IMG/VR virus record: IMGVR_UViG_3300037067_006336 | Location: 64,001 to 128,000 of that record | Length of the DNA stretch: 64,000 nucleotides | Reading direction: 5' to 3' (one strand) | DNA from: a virus | Taxonomy: Duplodnaviria; Caudoviricetes | Shown: positions 49,559-59,620 of the stretch, one piece after another | Position numbering within the stretch: position 1 is the stretch's first letter | How the letters are laid out: the number at the start of each line of letters is the position of its first letter | Translations under genes and position numbers: made by a program | The notes under the pieces: generated by a model | Seen by the model: the letters and a program-made list of their open reading frames with translations, nothing else | Database searches by the model: none | Told to the model about the DNA's origin: nothing

Positions 49559-52500
49559 ATGATGGTCAATTCTTCGAATGTTCTAACGGCAACGGAGATC
49601 GATAATAACCGTAACAATATACTCATCAGGGTTGATGAAGCTGTCATGAAACATGTTTCCTCGTTTGTCAAGAGGAAGACAAGAGACATACGGGAGTCCT
49701 TGAAAGCAGAGTTCCCCGGACAGCCGGAGAAACATGTTGTACCGGTTGAAACAATCGATAAGATAAGATCCGAATACGTTTCCAGCCAGGAAGTTGCAGA
49801 TTTCAGGGAATACCAGGTTGAATCGCTTAACTCCGAGGTTGAGAACTACATGCAGTTAAGGTCCAGGTTGAACATGTTGAACGACCTTAACGAGTTCTCG
49901 GCCGATATCGAGAAGATGGGCATACAGGTTCATGACGGGGAATACATGTCTTACGGGGACTTGATTGAAAAGTTACCATCGTTCAATGATACCTTCGGGA
50001 ACATGATTGCATCAAGGAAAGAAACCATTTCTACCATGATTTCGTCATTCAAGGGCAAGTCATTGGAAATGGATGAACTCGGTATGTTATTCAGGTTGCA
50101 CGAGATGTACGCAATCAAGCGTGATCACCCCGACATTGATTTATTCAACAAGTACGAGTTCAACACGAACATAGATTACGCTAACGAGCTATCAAGGTTG
50201 TACCTTGCCAGATCCGCGAATGGTAACAACGATTCCAATATAATCAACGACCTGGTTGACAACAGGGGGGTAGCATCGGTTAAATCAAGGAGGAACATCA
50301 TAGGGAACAAGCTTCTAGGTATGCTCCTATCGAACGTTGACAACAAGTTTTCCATGGTAACTAATAACAGGGTTACATGTTTGAGCAACACCTACGTGAC
50401 GGATGCAACCGTAGACACGAGGTTCACCACAAGGACCATAGGGGAGTTACTCATGGAGATAACATCCGATAAGAAGGCCAACATGGAGAAGGTTGACAGG
50501 CAGCAGGTTTACATGACGTACGATGGTTCGAGACCTGGTACTGATGGGTACCACAAGTGGAACGGTTTACAGGTATTCGACATAGACTTGAAGGAATGGG
50601 AAGGTGACGTGAGTTACTTGAAATCAGCATTACACAAGTACTTGTTGAAGTTCCACTGGTACCTTTGGACGTGCAAATCAGCATCTGGAAAGGGTATACA
50701 CGTTTACACCAAGGTGTCACCGGCCCATCACGTTTACCTTGACTTGGAAGATAACGAGAGGTTGTCGAAATACTGGTACTCGGTTAATTACATGACAAAG
50801 GAGACATTGATAAACGATATACTGCGCAGGATACACGACGGTAAATCATCATTGAAATTCGATGATGGCGCGTGGTTGACAAAACATGATAACCGGTTCA
50901 TAGATAACTCGGTGGGGCGCATAACATCCGGTATCAGGTTATCGTACGACCCTATGCCACTTGTTAACCCTGGTTTCATGGACCTGCACGTTTCCGTGTT
51001 CCTCCATGAAACAACAGACGGGGTAAATTCCATGAAGTTTATCAAGGAGGTGTTCAACAGGGCGTACAAGAAAGAATACCAGGTAGAGAGGGTAAAACGT
51101 TACGTTGCAATGATAGACGAGCTCTCCATAGAGGAGGACAAGAGGGATAAACCAGGACCTATCAACCTTTCATCATACGTCAACATATCAGGTGACTCAG
51201 GGGGCATAAGGCCGTTACCGAGGAACTCGATAAAGTACATCACGCGTTACAACGTCTGTAACACCCTGGCTGCCATAATGGGAAAGGATGGGTTACAGGT
51301 AGCACACGTGCTTCTCGACTCGAAGGGTTGTGGTAACGCCAGGGAGATAAACGCGTTCTACTCTTGCGCGCTATCGAACAAGAAAGAACCATCGAAACTA
51401 GGCTTGAACATACTCGAGAAGTACGGTGTCATAAAGAACGTGGAACCAGAACTAGAGAAAATAGTGGAGAAGGGGTTCAAGGATGACTTGAGGACCATGA
51501 TAATGAACGTTAGCGGTGATTCCGTACTGAAGGTAACAAGACACACGATAAACCTTGGTGAAGAAGAATACCTTGGTGATGTGAAGAAACAAATCATGTC
51601 CAAGGTAATTTCATCGAAGATCAACATTTTATTATCCCCCGCCGGGTCGGGTAAGACCGAGATGATCAAATCACTAGCCAGGGATGGGAAACGCGTGATG
51701 CTCGTGTTACCATTCATATCTGTCATAAAGAACAAGGTGGAGAAAGACCCCGAGATACTGGAATTATTCGCTTGTTACTACGGTTCGAAGGATGTTAAGA
51801 CGATCGAACCTGGTATCAACGCGGTGACAACGTTCGACAAGTTCTCGAGGGCTAATTACGAGAAACTATCAAGGATGTACGACTACATATTCATAGATGA
51901 ATCCCACCTGTTGTTCACGTCCAGTTACCGTATCGAGGCAACATCTAATTCAATAAGGAAGATAAAAGACCTGTTCCACGTATCATCGAACGATCCGTAC
52001 TCCGCCAAGTTATGCTTGATGACAGGCACGGAGACGGGGGAAACGTACTTCTTCGGCAACGTGGCGAACGTTATAACAGCATCGAAGAAATCCAACGGGA
52101 AGGACATGGAGTTCATGTTGTGCGGTGACACGCTTGATTGCACGACGAGGGTTGCCAAGCGTGTGCATGATTTCATAAACGAGGGTTACAAGGTATTGAT
52201 ACCTACCAACAAGGGGGAAGTTTACTCGGAGAAGATAATGGGCATGGCATCACACATCCTGGGCAGGGAGGTAAAGTACGGTTACTACAAGAGATCGAAC
52301 ACCGAGCAGGAGATATGCAGGCTGGTGAACGACATGAACACCACGGGTGACTACGAGGTTATATTCTGCTCGAATTACCTTAGCGTGGGGGTAGACATAA
52401 ACGATGACTGCAAGTTCGCCTCGATTTACCTGGGTAACTTCTCCGGTTACGAGGTAGAGCAGTTCAACGCTAGGATACGCAAGACCGGCATCAAGTCCGT

Positions 52501-53704
52501 GTACTGCGTGCAGACCGAGAACAGTTCGGGGGAAACGAACGACCTTCTGCTGGCCGAGCCTCAACTGGTGTTGAAGATAACCGAGGCTGACAGGGAAGCG
52601 TTCCTGGATGACAAGGAGATAGCATCGGCCAAGCAGGAGTTCACCGGTCATTACGACCCCGTCCTCCACAAGATAACCACCCCCGGTTTCTCCTACCTTC
52701 ACGGAAAGATACAGTTCAACCTGGAGGAGTACGAGCTAGTGTCATTCGAGACCAAGTACGTGGAATGCATGCAACACCCGGTGAAGGTGGCACGAGAACT
52801 ATCCAATTACGGTTACAACGTTAGCGTGTCACCAGAGTTCAACGGCATGGAACTAATGATGCAGGCCGAGTTGAAACGCGTGGGCATAGAATCCGCTAAA
52901 CAGGAGAAGATACGCAAGCACACGTTACTAGTGGGTACTTTCATCGACCTGGTTACCAAGAACAGCCACGTTAACGACCACGGGCTTGAATACCACGGCG
53001 TGATTGACTGGATGATGAAGAACCCTGACCTCATCATGGAGGACAGGGACATGGAGCAGCACGTGGAGATAACGTTCGATATATTCTCCACCCCTACTAG
53101 TGTCAAGGTTAAATCACGGGAGGCATTCGACAACATGGTCAAGAATGCCAGGTACCTTCTATCCAGGTACTCCCCGCAGAAAGCCGTGTCTATCATAAAC
53201 CAGTACGTTGATGATAACGGTGTGCTGAAGCAATCGAACTTCAAGAGGTCCATCAACCTCTTGAGGCTTGTTGACGGGGCTGATGCAAACGAGTTGAGCG
53301 ACCCGTTATCACGCACCATCGAGAAGGTTTACGAGTACGTTGACAAGTTCGAACTCGATGCCAGCTGGCACGTTAGTTACAACGGGTACATGGCACAAGT
53401 TGACGAGTGGACAAACTCCTACATAGACATGCTCGGCATAAAGGTAAACTCCGTGTACGGTTACGAGAAGGTAAGGGATTCCATCGTTGAATTGATAAAC
53501 GACATATCTAGCAGGTCGAAATCCAAGTATGGTTTGAGGTTCATTTACAACAAGATCCCGGACCAGGATTCCAACGTGATACTCAACAAGCGAAGCGTGG
53601 ATGACATCATATCAAGGATGTTCAAGCTGGGTAATGACATCAAGAAGCAACAGGTTAACAAAACAAGAACAAGACACGTGACGTTACATGACGGGGGGTT
53701 TTAA
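49559..53704 (+). CDS. AEP primase (VirE-N/BT4734-like) fused to SF2 helicase
   Basis: FDID, SASGKGIH, RLSYDP; SPAGSGKT, IDESH, MTGT, YLSVGVDI, QFNARIR. Confidence 0.8.
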   Translation: MMVNSSNVLTATEIDNNRNNILIRVDEAVMKHVSSFVKRKTRDIRESLKAEFPGQPEKHVVPVETIDKIRSEYVSSQEVADFREYQVESLNSEVENYMQLRSRLNMLNDLNEFSADIEKMGIQVHDGEYMSYGDLIEKLPSFNDTFGNMIASRKETISTMISSFKGKSLEMDELGMLFRLHEMYAIKRDHPDIDLFNKYEFNTNIDYANELSRLYLARSANGNNDSNIINDLVDNRGVASVKSRRNIIGNKLLGMLLSNVDNKFSMVTNNRVTCLSNTYVTDATVDTRFTTRTIGELLMEITSDKKANMEKVDRQQVYMTYDGSRPGTDGYHKWNGLQVFDIDLKEWEGDVSYLKSALHKYLLKFHWYLWTCKSASGKGIHVYTKVSPAHHVYLDLEDNERLSKYWYSVNYMTKETLINDILRRIHDGKSSLKFDDGAWLTKHDNRFIDNSVGRITSGIRLSYDPMPLVNPGFMDLHVSVFLHETTDGVNSMKFIKEVFNRAYKKEYQVERVKRYVAMIDELSIEEDKRDKPGPINLSSYVNISGDSGGIRPLPRNSIKYITRYNVCNTLAAIMGKDGLQVAHVLLDSKGCGNAREINAFYSCALSNKKEPSKLGLNILEKYGVIKNVEPELEKIVEKGFKDDLRTMIMNVSGDSVLKVTRHTINLGEEEYLGDVKKQIMSKVISSKINILLSPAGSGKTEMIKSLARDGKRVMLVLPFISVIKNKVEKDPEILELFACYYGSKDVKTIEPGINAVTTFDKFSRANYEKLSRMYDYIFIDESHLLFTSSYRIEATSNSIRKIKDLFHVSSNDPYSAKLCLMTGTETGETYFFGNVANVITASKKSNGKDMEFMLCGDTLDCTTRVAKRVHDFINEGYKVLIPTNKGEVYSEKIMGMASHILGREVKYGYYKRSNTEQEICRLVNDMNTTGDYEVIFCSNYLSVGVDINDDCKFASIYLGNFSGYEVEQFNARIRKTGIKSVYCVQTENSSGETNDLLLAEPQLVLKITEADREAFLDDKEIASAKQEFTGHYDPVLHKITTPGFSYLHGKIQFNLEEYELVSFETKYVECMQHPVKVARELSNYGYNVSVSPEFNGMELMMQAELKRVGIESAKQEKIRKHTLLVGTFIDLVTKNSHVNDHGLEYHGVIDWMMKNPDLIMEDRDMEQHVEITFDIFSTPTSVKVKSREAFDNMVKNARYLLSRYSPQKAVSIINQYVDDNGVLKQSNFKRSINLLRLVDGADANELSDPLSRTIEKVYEYVDKFELDASWHVSYNGYMAQVDEWTNSYIDMLGIKVNSVYGYEKVRDSIVELINDISSRSKSKYGLRFIYNKIPDQDSNVILNKRSVDDIISRMFKLGNDIKKQQVNKTRTRHVTLHDGGF

Positions 53705-53712
53705 AATCGTTG

Positions 53713-53720
53713 CAGGATAT
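53713..53720 (+). promoter_or_regulatory. RCAGGATAT promoter-like motif
   Basis: Directly after primase-helicase stop. Confidence 0.6.
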
Positions 53721-53754
53721 ACATGTAAAACCATTTAATTTTAAACCATATCAA

Positions 53755-54033
53755 GTGAACCAGGAAGTAATAATCGCCTCGCCGGGATCAAACGGTTTCG
53801 AGACACGTTCAATCAACATGCAGGACACATCCACCAACGAGTTTAACATCAACGTTAACGAGATGACACATGACGGTGTTTTCCCCCAGGGTACCATCGT
53901 TTGCCTGTCAACCCCTGACATGGTTAAATTCCTGTCAAGGTACGGCAAGCGAAAGCAGTACCACGAGTTGAAACGCTCGGTAAGACAGGGCACGTTCATG
54001 ATGCTCGTGTTGCACGGGAAGAAAAAGAAGTAG
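53755..54033 (+). CDS. hypothetical protein
   Basis: GTG 53755 preferred because the motif overlaps the track's TTG start. Confidence 0.5.
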   Translation: MNQEVIIASPGSNGFETRSINMQDTSTNEFNINVNEMTHDGVFPQGTIVCLSTPDMVKFLSRYGKRKQYHELKRSVRQGTFMMLVLHGKKKK

Positions 54034-54034
54034 C

Positions 54035-55690
54035 ATGGAAGGGGACGACATCAGGGATGAGATAAACACCTCGGCGTTGAGGCTTGGTGTTACACCGGCA
54101 TTGACCGAGACCGAGAAAGTACAGGTAATGAGGGAGGTATTCCACCGGGAAGTGTCCGGGAGGAAGGTAGATGACCTGAGCGGGTACTTGCTGAAATCCT
54201 TCAAGAAGTTAGACGGTTTCAACTACCGGTGGAACTCGTTGATAACATCTTCCCCGCTGTTATTCGAGGATGTAGACTACACCAGGGTAAGGGGTAACAT
54301 CGATAACCGGGTAACGGACGAGGAAAGGGAAGCATACAGGCGCGGGGAGTTACGGGAACTCTACGTGACGTTCGAATCGATGTTGATGTGCAACCTGAAG
54401 TACTTCGACCGCATCATGAGGTTCTGTACCATCGCATTCAACAAGTACGTGAGGCTGGATGACGAGGAGACCACAACGCAGCACATGGAGGAGTTACCTA
54501 TCTATCTCACTCTTACACCTACCCAGGCATGGTGTGCCGCCATGGTGGATGCATCAAGCACACCGTGGGAAATAGAACACGGGTGGGGTTTGAAGATGAA
54601 TAACCAGGTTTCAAACAAGGATAAATCCCCGCTAGAGTCTAACTGGGAGAAGTTGTACAAGAACCCTGTTTTCAACATGTTCGTGAAGTACTCTGATTAC
54701 ATCAACGAGACATCGAATTTCAGGGAGTGTAAGATGAAGGATGTCATGGATAACCGGAAGCTATCAAGATTGTGCCAGAAGTTCACCTCATCTAGCGCGG
54801 CCCTGTCGGAGGACCAGTTATCAAGCGTGTTCGGTTACGTGGAGGAAATAGAGTCAATCACCAGGAAACTGTACGATTCATTGTTCGATTGCCTGTACGA
54901 CATGTTCAACGGTGACGAGACCCAGTTCGCGATATACGTGTACACCAATGAATTCATCATACACAGTTCCAAGTTCTCCATAAAGGTATCAAGGGACGAA
55001 CACGGTAAGATAATGAAGGAATACACGGCGAACTCCTTCGAGTGCTTCCTGGCTGAAGAGGGTTTGATCCCCTCGATGAGGGCGCAGATAGAATGGGCCA
55101 GGTACTTCTCCCCGAACAGGTATAATTACGACAAGAACATACTGGTATCACTACTTGCGAAGATGCTCAAGGATGATTACAAGTCCGTGAACTGTCTGAA
55201 GCGAATGAACAGGTACGGTGTCGTGTCGAAGATCACGTTCTCGGGTATATTCAACAACGTTTACATCACGGAGGAATTCCTAACGGACAACAGGGTGATA
55301 AGGACTTCCAAGGTATGCATGTCTAAAGAGAACGCCGCCAGGTACGTTGTTAACCGGGGTTACTGGTTGTTCGGCAATTTCGAGGATGCCGTCAAGGTGG
55401 TTGATGTAACCAGGGATAACATCGTATCACATTACACCAATTACTGCGTCCCCGTCATGCACCACATGAAGGATGTCTTGAAGTTGTACCAGCAGGAGAA
55501 GAACGCCATTATAGACATACTGTTATCGGGTAACATACACCCGAGCAGGTTGTCGAATAAGGACATCAAGTTCTCCACGAGCAGGAAGGTAGACGCGAGG
55601 GCATTGATGATGGAGATGGCGAAGAAGGCAGACAAGGACGCGTACAGGAGGAAGAAAACATACTGGCGTGTCATGGAAGATTCAACGTGA
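54035..55690 (+). CDS. hypothetical protein
   Basis: 551-aa ORF with core codon usage. Confidence 0.65.
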   Translation: MEGDDIRDEINTSALRLGVTPALTETEKVQVMREVFHREVSGRKVDDLSGYLLKSFKKLDGFNYRWNSLITSSPLLFEDVDYTRVRGNIDNRVTDEEREAYRRGELRELYVTFESMLMCNLKYFDRIMRFCTIAFNKYVRLDDEETTTQHMEELPIYLTLTPTQAWCAAMVDASSTPWEIEHGWGLKMNNQVSNKDKSPLESNWEKLYKNPVFNMFVKYSDYINETSNFRECKMKDVMDNRKLSRLCQKFTSSSAALSEDQLSSVFGYVEEIESITRKLYDSLFDCLYDMFNGDETQFAIYVYTNEFIIHSSKFSIKVSRDEHGKIMKEYTANSFECFLAEEGLIPSMRAQIEWARYFSPNRYNYDKNILVSLLAKMLKDDYKSVNCLKRMNRYGVVSKITFSGIFNNVYITEEFLTDNRVIRTSKVCMSKENAARYVVNRGYWLFGNFEDAVKVVDVTRDNIVSHYTNYCVPVMHHMKDVLKLYQQEKNAIIDILLSGNIHPSRLSNKDIKFSTSRKVDARALMMEMAKKADKDAYRRKKTYWRVMEDST

Positions 55691-55694
55691 TGTG

Positions 55695-55702
55695 CAGGAT
55701 AT
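55695..55702 (+). promoter_or_regulatory. RCAGGATAT promoter-like motif
   Basis: Intergenic. Confidence 0.6.
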
Positions 55703-55738
55703 TTAAAATAATGTTATATCATGAATAAATAAAACAAG

Positions 55739-55892
55739 ATGAAAATACCATTCACGGTATTCAACCTTAGATAACACGGGTAAACGAGTTGTTTTAAAGG
55801 TTAGCAACAAAATGTTGTACGGTGGTGACCCTCTTGTCATAAAGACACGTGAGGATTATAAAGTTTTCAAATTATTAACAAGCAAGATATGA
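55739..55892 (+). pseudogene. small gene with +1 lesion
   Basis: MKIPFTVF then +1 frame TLDNTGKRVVLK...SKI ending in an ATGA overlap with 55889. Confidence 0.4.
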
Positions 55893-56161
55893 AAAGGAAA
55901 AAGAACCCGAACAGGAATTTACTCCTCGTGGAAGTGAAGATAAAGAAATACATGAATAAGGATGTTATCAAGGATATGTTGACGAGCGTTAAAAACAATA
56001 CCAGTATGTTTGCTTCAAGAGGTTATAATGTGGTGCTCATACCATCTTCCAGGAACATGATAACCATGGTTGACGGATGCATAAGATCCAGGGGCGATCA
56101 CGAGTTGTTCAAGAAGATGACATTGCTTATGAAAAACAAAAAATCAAAGGTAAGATGTTAA
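55889..56161 (+). CDS. hypothetical basic protein
   Basis: 90-aa ORF. Confidence 0.5.
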   Translation: MKRKKNPNRNLLLVEVKIKKYMNKDVIKDMLTSVKNNTSMFASRGYNVVLIPSSRNMITMVDGCIRSRGDHELFKKMTLLMKNKKSKVRC

Positions 56162-57138
56162 CGAAAGAACAGGAAAAAGAATTAGAGTGTTTTAACATTG
56201 TACTAAAGAACCGTGCCGGTAACGTGGAGAACGAATACGCGTGGATGTTAACCGACGTGTTGTTAACCGGGAAGGAAAGGAGTAACAGGACAGGTATAAA
56301 AACACTGGTAAAGCACGGGAACTTCATGAAGCTTGACGTTACCGGTGGCAAGTTCCCCGTGTTAGCAGGCAAGAAGATGTTCCCCCACATGGCGTTCACC
56401 GAGATGCAATGGTTCATGAACGGGAGGACGGACATCAAGTACATGAACGATCGTGGGGTAAGATACTGGGATAAATGGGTGCTACCGGACGGGACTATAG
56501 GGAAATCATACGGTCACCAGTTCCGTGATTTCAACGGTGTTGACCAGCTATCGAGAGTGGTGGATATCATGACAACAGACATCGACTCCCGTCGTAACAT
56601 ACTATCATTATGGAACCCTGCCGACCTCCACGACATGGCGCTTGAACCATGTGTTGACAGGTACATGGTAGAGTGTGACCCGGTAAACCAATCGGTTATA
56701 GAGGTTGACCTTCACGTCACGCAGAGATCGTGTGACATGTTCCTGGGTGTTCCTTACGACTTCATGCTTGTTACATCATTCATCAACGTCTTGTGCGCAC
56801 ATGCCAGTATGATCACGTCGAAATATTACACCCCGAGGACAATCCACTACACGTTTGATAACTACCACGTGTACGAGAACCAGGTAGATGCATGCATGCA
56901 GTACTTGAGGAACGTGGTAGGGGACAAGGATGGTTGTATCACGAGCAATACCGCGATCATGGGGTTAGACGATATTTACATATGTGGGAAATACCCTTCT
57001 GACGTTGAACTAACCATCGATCACACCCTGGAAGCCATTGGTGCATCATTCGATTTCGAGAAGAAGACATGGGGGTGTCTGAAGTTACGCAACCTCCCCT
57101 CGGTCAACGGTATTATTAAATGTGATGTAGCGGTTTGA
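56155..57138 (+). CDS. thyA: thymidylate synthase family protein (Asn-to-Asp variant; possible dCMP methylase/hydroxymethylase)
   Basis: NRTG, YGHQFR, SRRNILSLWNP, LEPC, QRSCDMFLGVPYD, HVYENQ. Confidence 0.85.
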   Translation: MLTKEQEKELECFNIVLKNRAGNVENEYAWMLTDVLLTGKERSNRTGIKTLVKHGNFMKLDVTGGKFPVLAGKKMFPHMAFTEMQWFMNGRTDIKYMNDRGVRYWDKWVLPDGTIGKSYGHQFRDFNGVDQLSRVVDIMTTDIDSRRNILSLWNPADLHDMALEPCVDRYMVECDPVNQSVIEVDLHVTQRSCDMFLGVPYDFMLVTSFINVLCAHASMITSKYYTPRTIHYTFDNYHVYENQVDACMQYLRNVVGDKDGCITSNTAIMGLDDIYICGKYPSDVELTIDHTLEAIGASFDFEKKTWGCLKLRNLPSVNGIIKCDVAV

Positions 57139-57142
57139 TACC

Positions 57143-57655
57143 ATGGAAGAAATCGATATAAAAATAAACAAGTCAAAGGTTGACCGAGAGTTGAAGTCAT
57201 ACCCCCGTGGAACAATATTCCCATCCATCTATGGAGGTTTCTGGCATAGGGTTTACGGTGGTTTCAAATGGTGTAACGGGGCAACGTTCCCGGGACCAGG
57301 AGGGGACTGGTGCGGGGAGGTGATACTACCATCAGGGTGGTGTTTCATCAACGGTGACAAGTGTAAACCATATGTAATCATGGGTATACACGGGGATAAA
57401 CTCATGATTTGTCATGGTGATGTGATAATACATACACATGTGTCAACGGTCGAACCATACGATAAAGAGGCGTGTAATGTACTGGAGGGAATAGAGAACC
57501 GTTTACATAACCCGCATACGATTGAAACACTGGCTTTTTGTTCAATTTGTGATAAACCTTACGTACTCGGGTTTCATATACAAAACCGCACTTACCTGAA
57601 CACCTTTCTTGATATGTGTCATAACTGTTCGGATGAGGTATTGCACCAAGGGTAA
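57143..57655 (+). CDS. hypothetical protein with Gly/Trp-rich domain and CxxC pairs
   Basis: FPSIYGGFW / FPGPGGDW; CSIC and CHNC. Confidence 0.5.
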   Translation: MEEIDIKINKSKVDRELKSYPRGTIFPSIYGGFWHRVYGGFKWCNGATFPGPGGDWCGEVILPSGWCFINGDKCKPYVIMGIHGDKLMICHGDVIIHTHVSTVEPYDKEACNVLEGIENRLHNPHTIETLAFCSICDKPYVLGFHIQNRTYLNTFLDMCHNCSDEVLHQG

Positions 57656-57698
57656 TGATTGATAGTATGAATATTTTGGGATTTAACATTATTTAATA

Positions 57699-58090
57699 AT
57701 GGAAGAAAGTAATAAATTCTTGGATGAGTTACAAGGCATTGTAATGAACAAGTTCAGGAGCGTAACCAATATCCTCAAGGTTTTAAACGTTTACCACGTT
57801 GGTTTCATGGTGGATGCCAGCGAGTTGTTAACAAGGTACGGGTTAACGGGGTCACGGTAGGGTTGGATTTCCACTATCTTGAAAAATGTGATAACAAGGT
57901 AGCATACATGTACAAGGGTATTCCTATAAAACCTGTTGCATATTATAACCGTCCGGACAATTACCGGGAGGTGCCAACACTAGAAATCCTACGCGAGTGC
58001 ATCAAGCAAGACAAGTACAACCCGGACATCAAACACCTGGAGTGCCCTGGTAAACCCGAGGGTAATTTCGTCATGCACCATCGGGTTTAA
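57699..58090 (+). pseudogene. hypothetical gene split by a -1 lesion
   Basis: ATG 57699 frame stops at 57860; the -1 frame is open from ~57728 to 58090. Confidence 0.4.
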
Positions 58091-58099
58091 ACAAATATG

Positions 58100-58107
58100 C
58101 AGGATAT
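58100..58107 (+). promoter_or_regulatory. RCAGGATAT promoter-like motif
   Basis: 35 nt upstream of ATG 58135. Confidence 0.65.
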
Positions 58108-58134
58108 AGAGATTGTATTTAAAAATATTAAATA

Positions 58135-58392
58135 ATGGCTGGGACAGTTTACATAAAGGTGCGAGGGGAATATAACAACATCATAATCAAGAAATTCAAG
58201 TGCAAGGATTCAACCAGGGCGCAACAGTTATTCAAGAGGGAGAAACGAGCGACAGATTACCGTTTCGTGGATAAACACGGTGATATCCCCAGGTCATGGC
58301 TTAACCACCAGGAACCAAGGATAAAAGAAACCATACCGGTCACTCTCGAGGGATTTGAAGCCTTGATGAAATCAAGGGGGATGACGTGGTGA
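58135..58392 (+). CDS. hypothetical protein
   Basis: 85-aa ORF. Confidence 0.55.
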   Translation: MAGTVYIKVRGEYNNIIIKKFKCKDSTRAQQLFKREKRATDYRFVDKHGDIPRSWLNHQEPRIKETIPVTLEGFEALMKSRGMTW

Positions 58393-58420
58393 ACCGTATG
58401 AAAATATAAAAATACATGAT

Positions 58421-59137
58421 ATGATTTACATGGGTTCCAAGGCTAGGATCAAGAAAGATATCCTCCCCGTCATACTACAACACAGGAAGAATCACAAGCA
58501 GTGGTACGTGGAGCCTTTCACAGGCGGTATGAACGTCATATGTGATGTCCCGGGTAACAGGATAGCGAACGACATAAACCCTTACTTGATATCAATGTTC
58601 AAGGCCTGTTTAGATGGATGGAAACCATGTTATATAACGGAGGAACAATACAAGCATATACGGGATAACAAGGATAATTACCGTCCTGAACTAGTTGGCT
58701 GGGCTGGTTTCTGTTGTAGTTTCGGTTCTAAATTCTTCGGTGGCTACGTCGGTGGAGTACGATTGATTAAACGAGGAGACGGTAGTTTTGGCAAGCGTGA
58801 CGACCAGAAAAATTCATACATCAACTTATCACGCCAACTTGATAAATTACGAGGTGTTGTTATTTTAAACAATGATTACAAGGAATTATTTATACCACCA
58901 AAAAGTATAATATACTGTGACCCGCCATACAAGGGAACCACTGGTTACAAGGTTGATTTCAACCATGTTGAATTCTGGGAATGGGTAAGGGTTAAAACAC
59001 TGGAAGGACACCATGTGTACACGAGCGAGTACGATGCACCACCAGATTTCAAATGCATATGGGAAAAGGAATTAATATCTTCTTTAAGATTTGATGGCAC
59101 TAAATCAACCGAGAAATTATTCGTTTACAATCCTTAA
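58421..59137 (+). CDS. D12-class N6-adenine DNA methyltransferase (Dam-like)
   Basis: YMGSK, YVEPFTGG, NDIN, YCDPPY, SEY. Confidence 0.88.
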   Translation: MIYMGSKARIKKDILPVILQHRKNHKQWYVEPFTGGMNVICDVPGNRIANDINPYLISMFKACLDGWKPCYITEEQYKHIRDNKDNYRPELVGWAGFCCSFGSKFFGGYVGGVRLIKRGDGSFGKRDDQKNSYINLSRQLDKLRGVVILNNDYKELFIPPKSIIYCDPPYKGTTGYKVDFNHVEFWEWVRVKTLEGHHVYTSEYDAPPDFKCIWEKELISSLRFDGTKSTEKLFVYNP

Positions 59138-59147
59138 AAATATTACC

Positions 59148-59606
59148 ATGAAGAATACAATAGTCGTTGACATAGACGGCACGATATCGAATGACTCACA
59201 CAGGAAGCATTACCTTACCGGCAAGGTGAAAAACTGGGAAGCGTACTTCGGTGCTTCTATTCATGATGAACCTGTCAAAGACGTGATCGAACTCGTTAAC
59301 AGGTTGTGGGAATCAGGTATGAACGTGGTATTCTGCACCGGTAGACCTGAATATACCAGGGATATCACGATAAACTGGATATGGGTTCATTTCCCAACAA
59401 GTTTCACGAATGAGATGGAATACTCTTTAATCATGAGACCCAGCGGTAACACCGAGGGTGATGACACGTTGAAAGTGAAGATGCTGGAAGAGGCAGGGTA
59501 TTCACCTGATGACGTGTTATTCGTGATAGATGACAGGAACAGGGTCGTGAAATCGTGGAGGGAAGCAGGGTACACATGCCTGCAACCGGTGGAAGGAAAT
59601 TTTTAA
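59148..59606 (+). CDS. HAD phosphatase (PNK 3'-phosphatase-like)
   Basis: DIDGT, TGR, MRP...D...K, DDR. Confidence 0.85.
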   Translation: MKNTIVVDIDGTISNDSHRKHYLTGKVKNWEAYFGASIHDEPVKDVIELVNRLWESGMNVVFCTGRPEYTRDITINWIWVHFPTSFTNEMEYSLIMRPSGNTEGDDTLKVKMLEEAGYSPDDVLFVIDDRNRVVKSWREAGYTCLQPVEGNF

Positions 59607-59620
59607 TAATTTATATTTAT

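Noticed and set aside
33822-53704. Inteins or introns in terminase, topoisomerase or primase-helicase
   Set aside because: Catalytic motifs are normally spaced; no intein termini or homing-endonuclease motifs noticed.
56077-56154. ORF-track N-terminal extensions (also 5487, 28444, 29730, 31921, 33153, 35693, 53710, 59091)
   Set aside because: They overlap upstream genes or regulatory elements; downstream starts fit gene packing and domain boundaries better.
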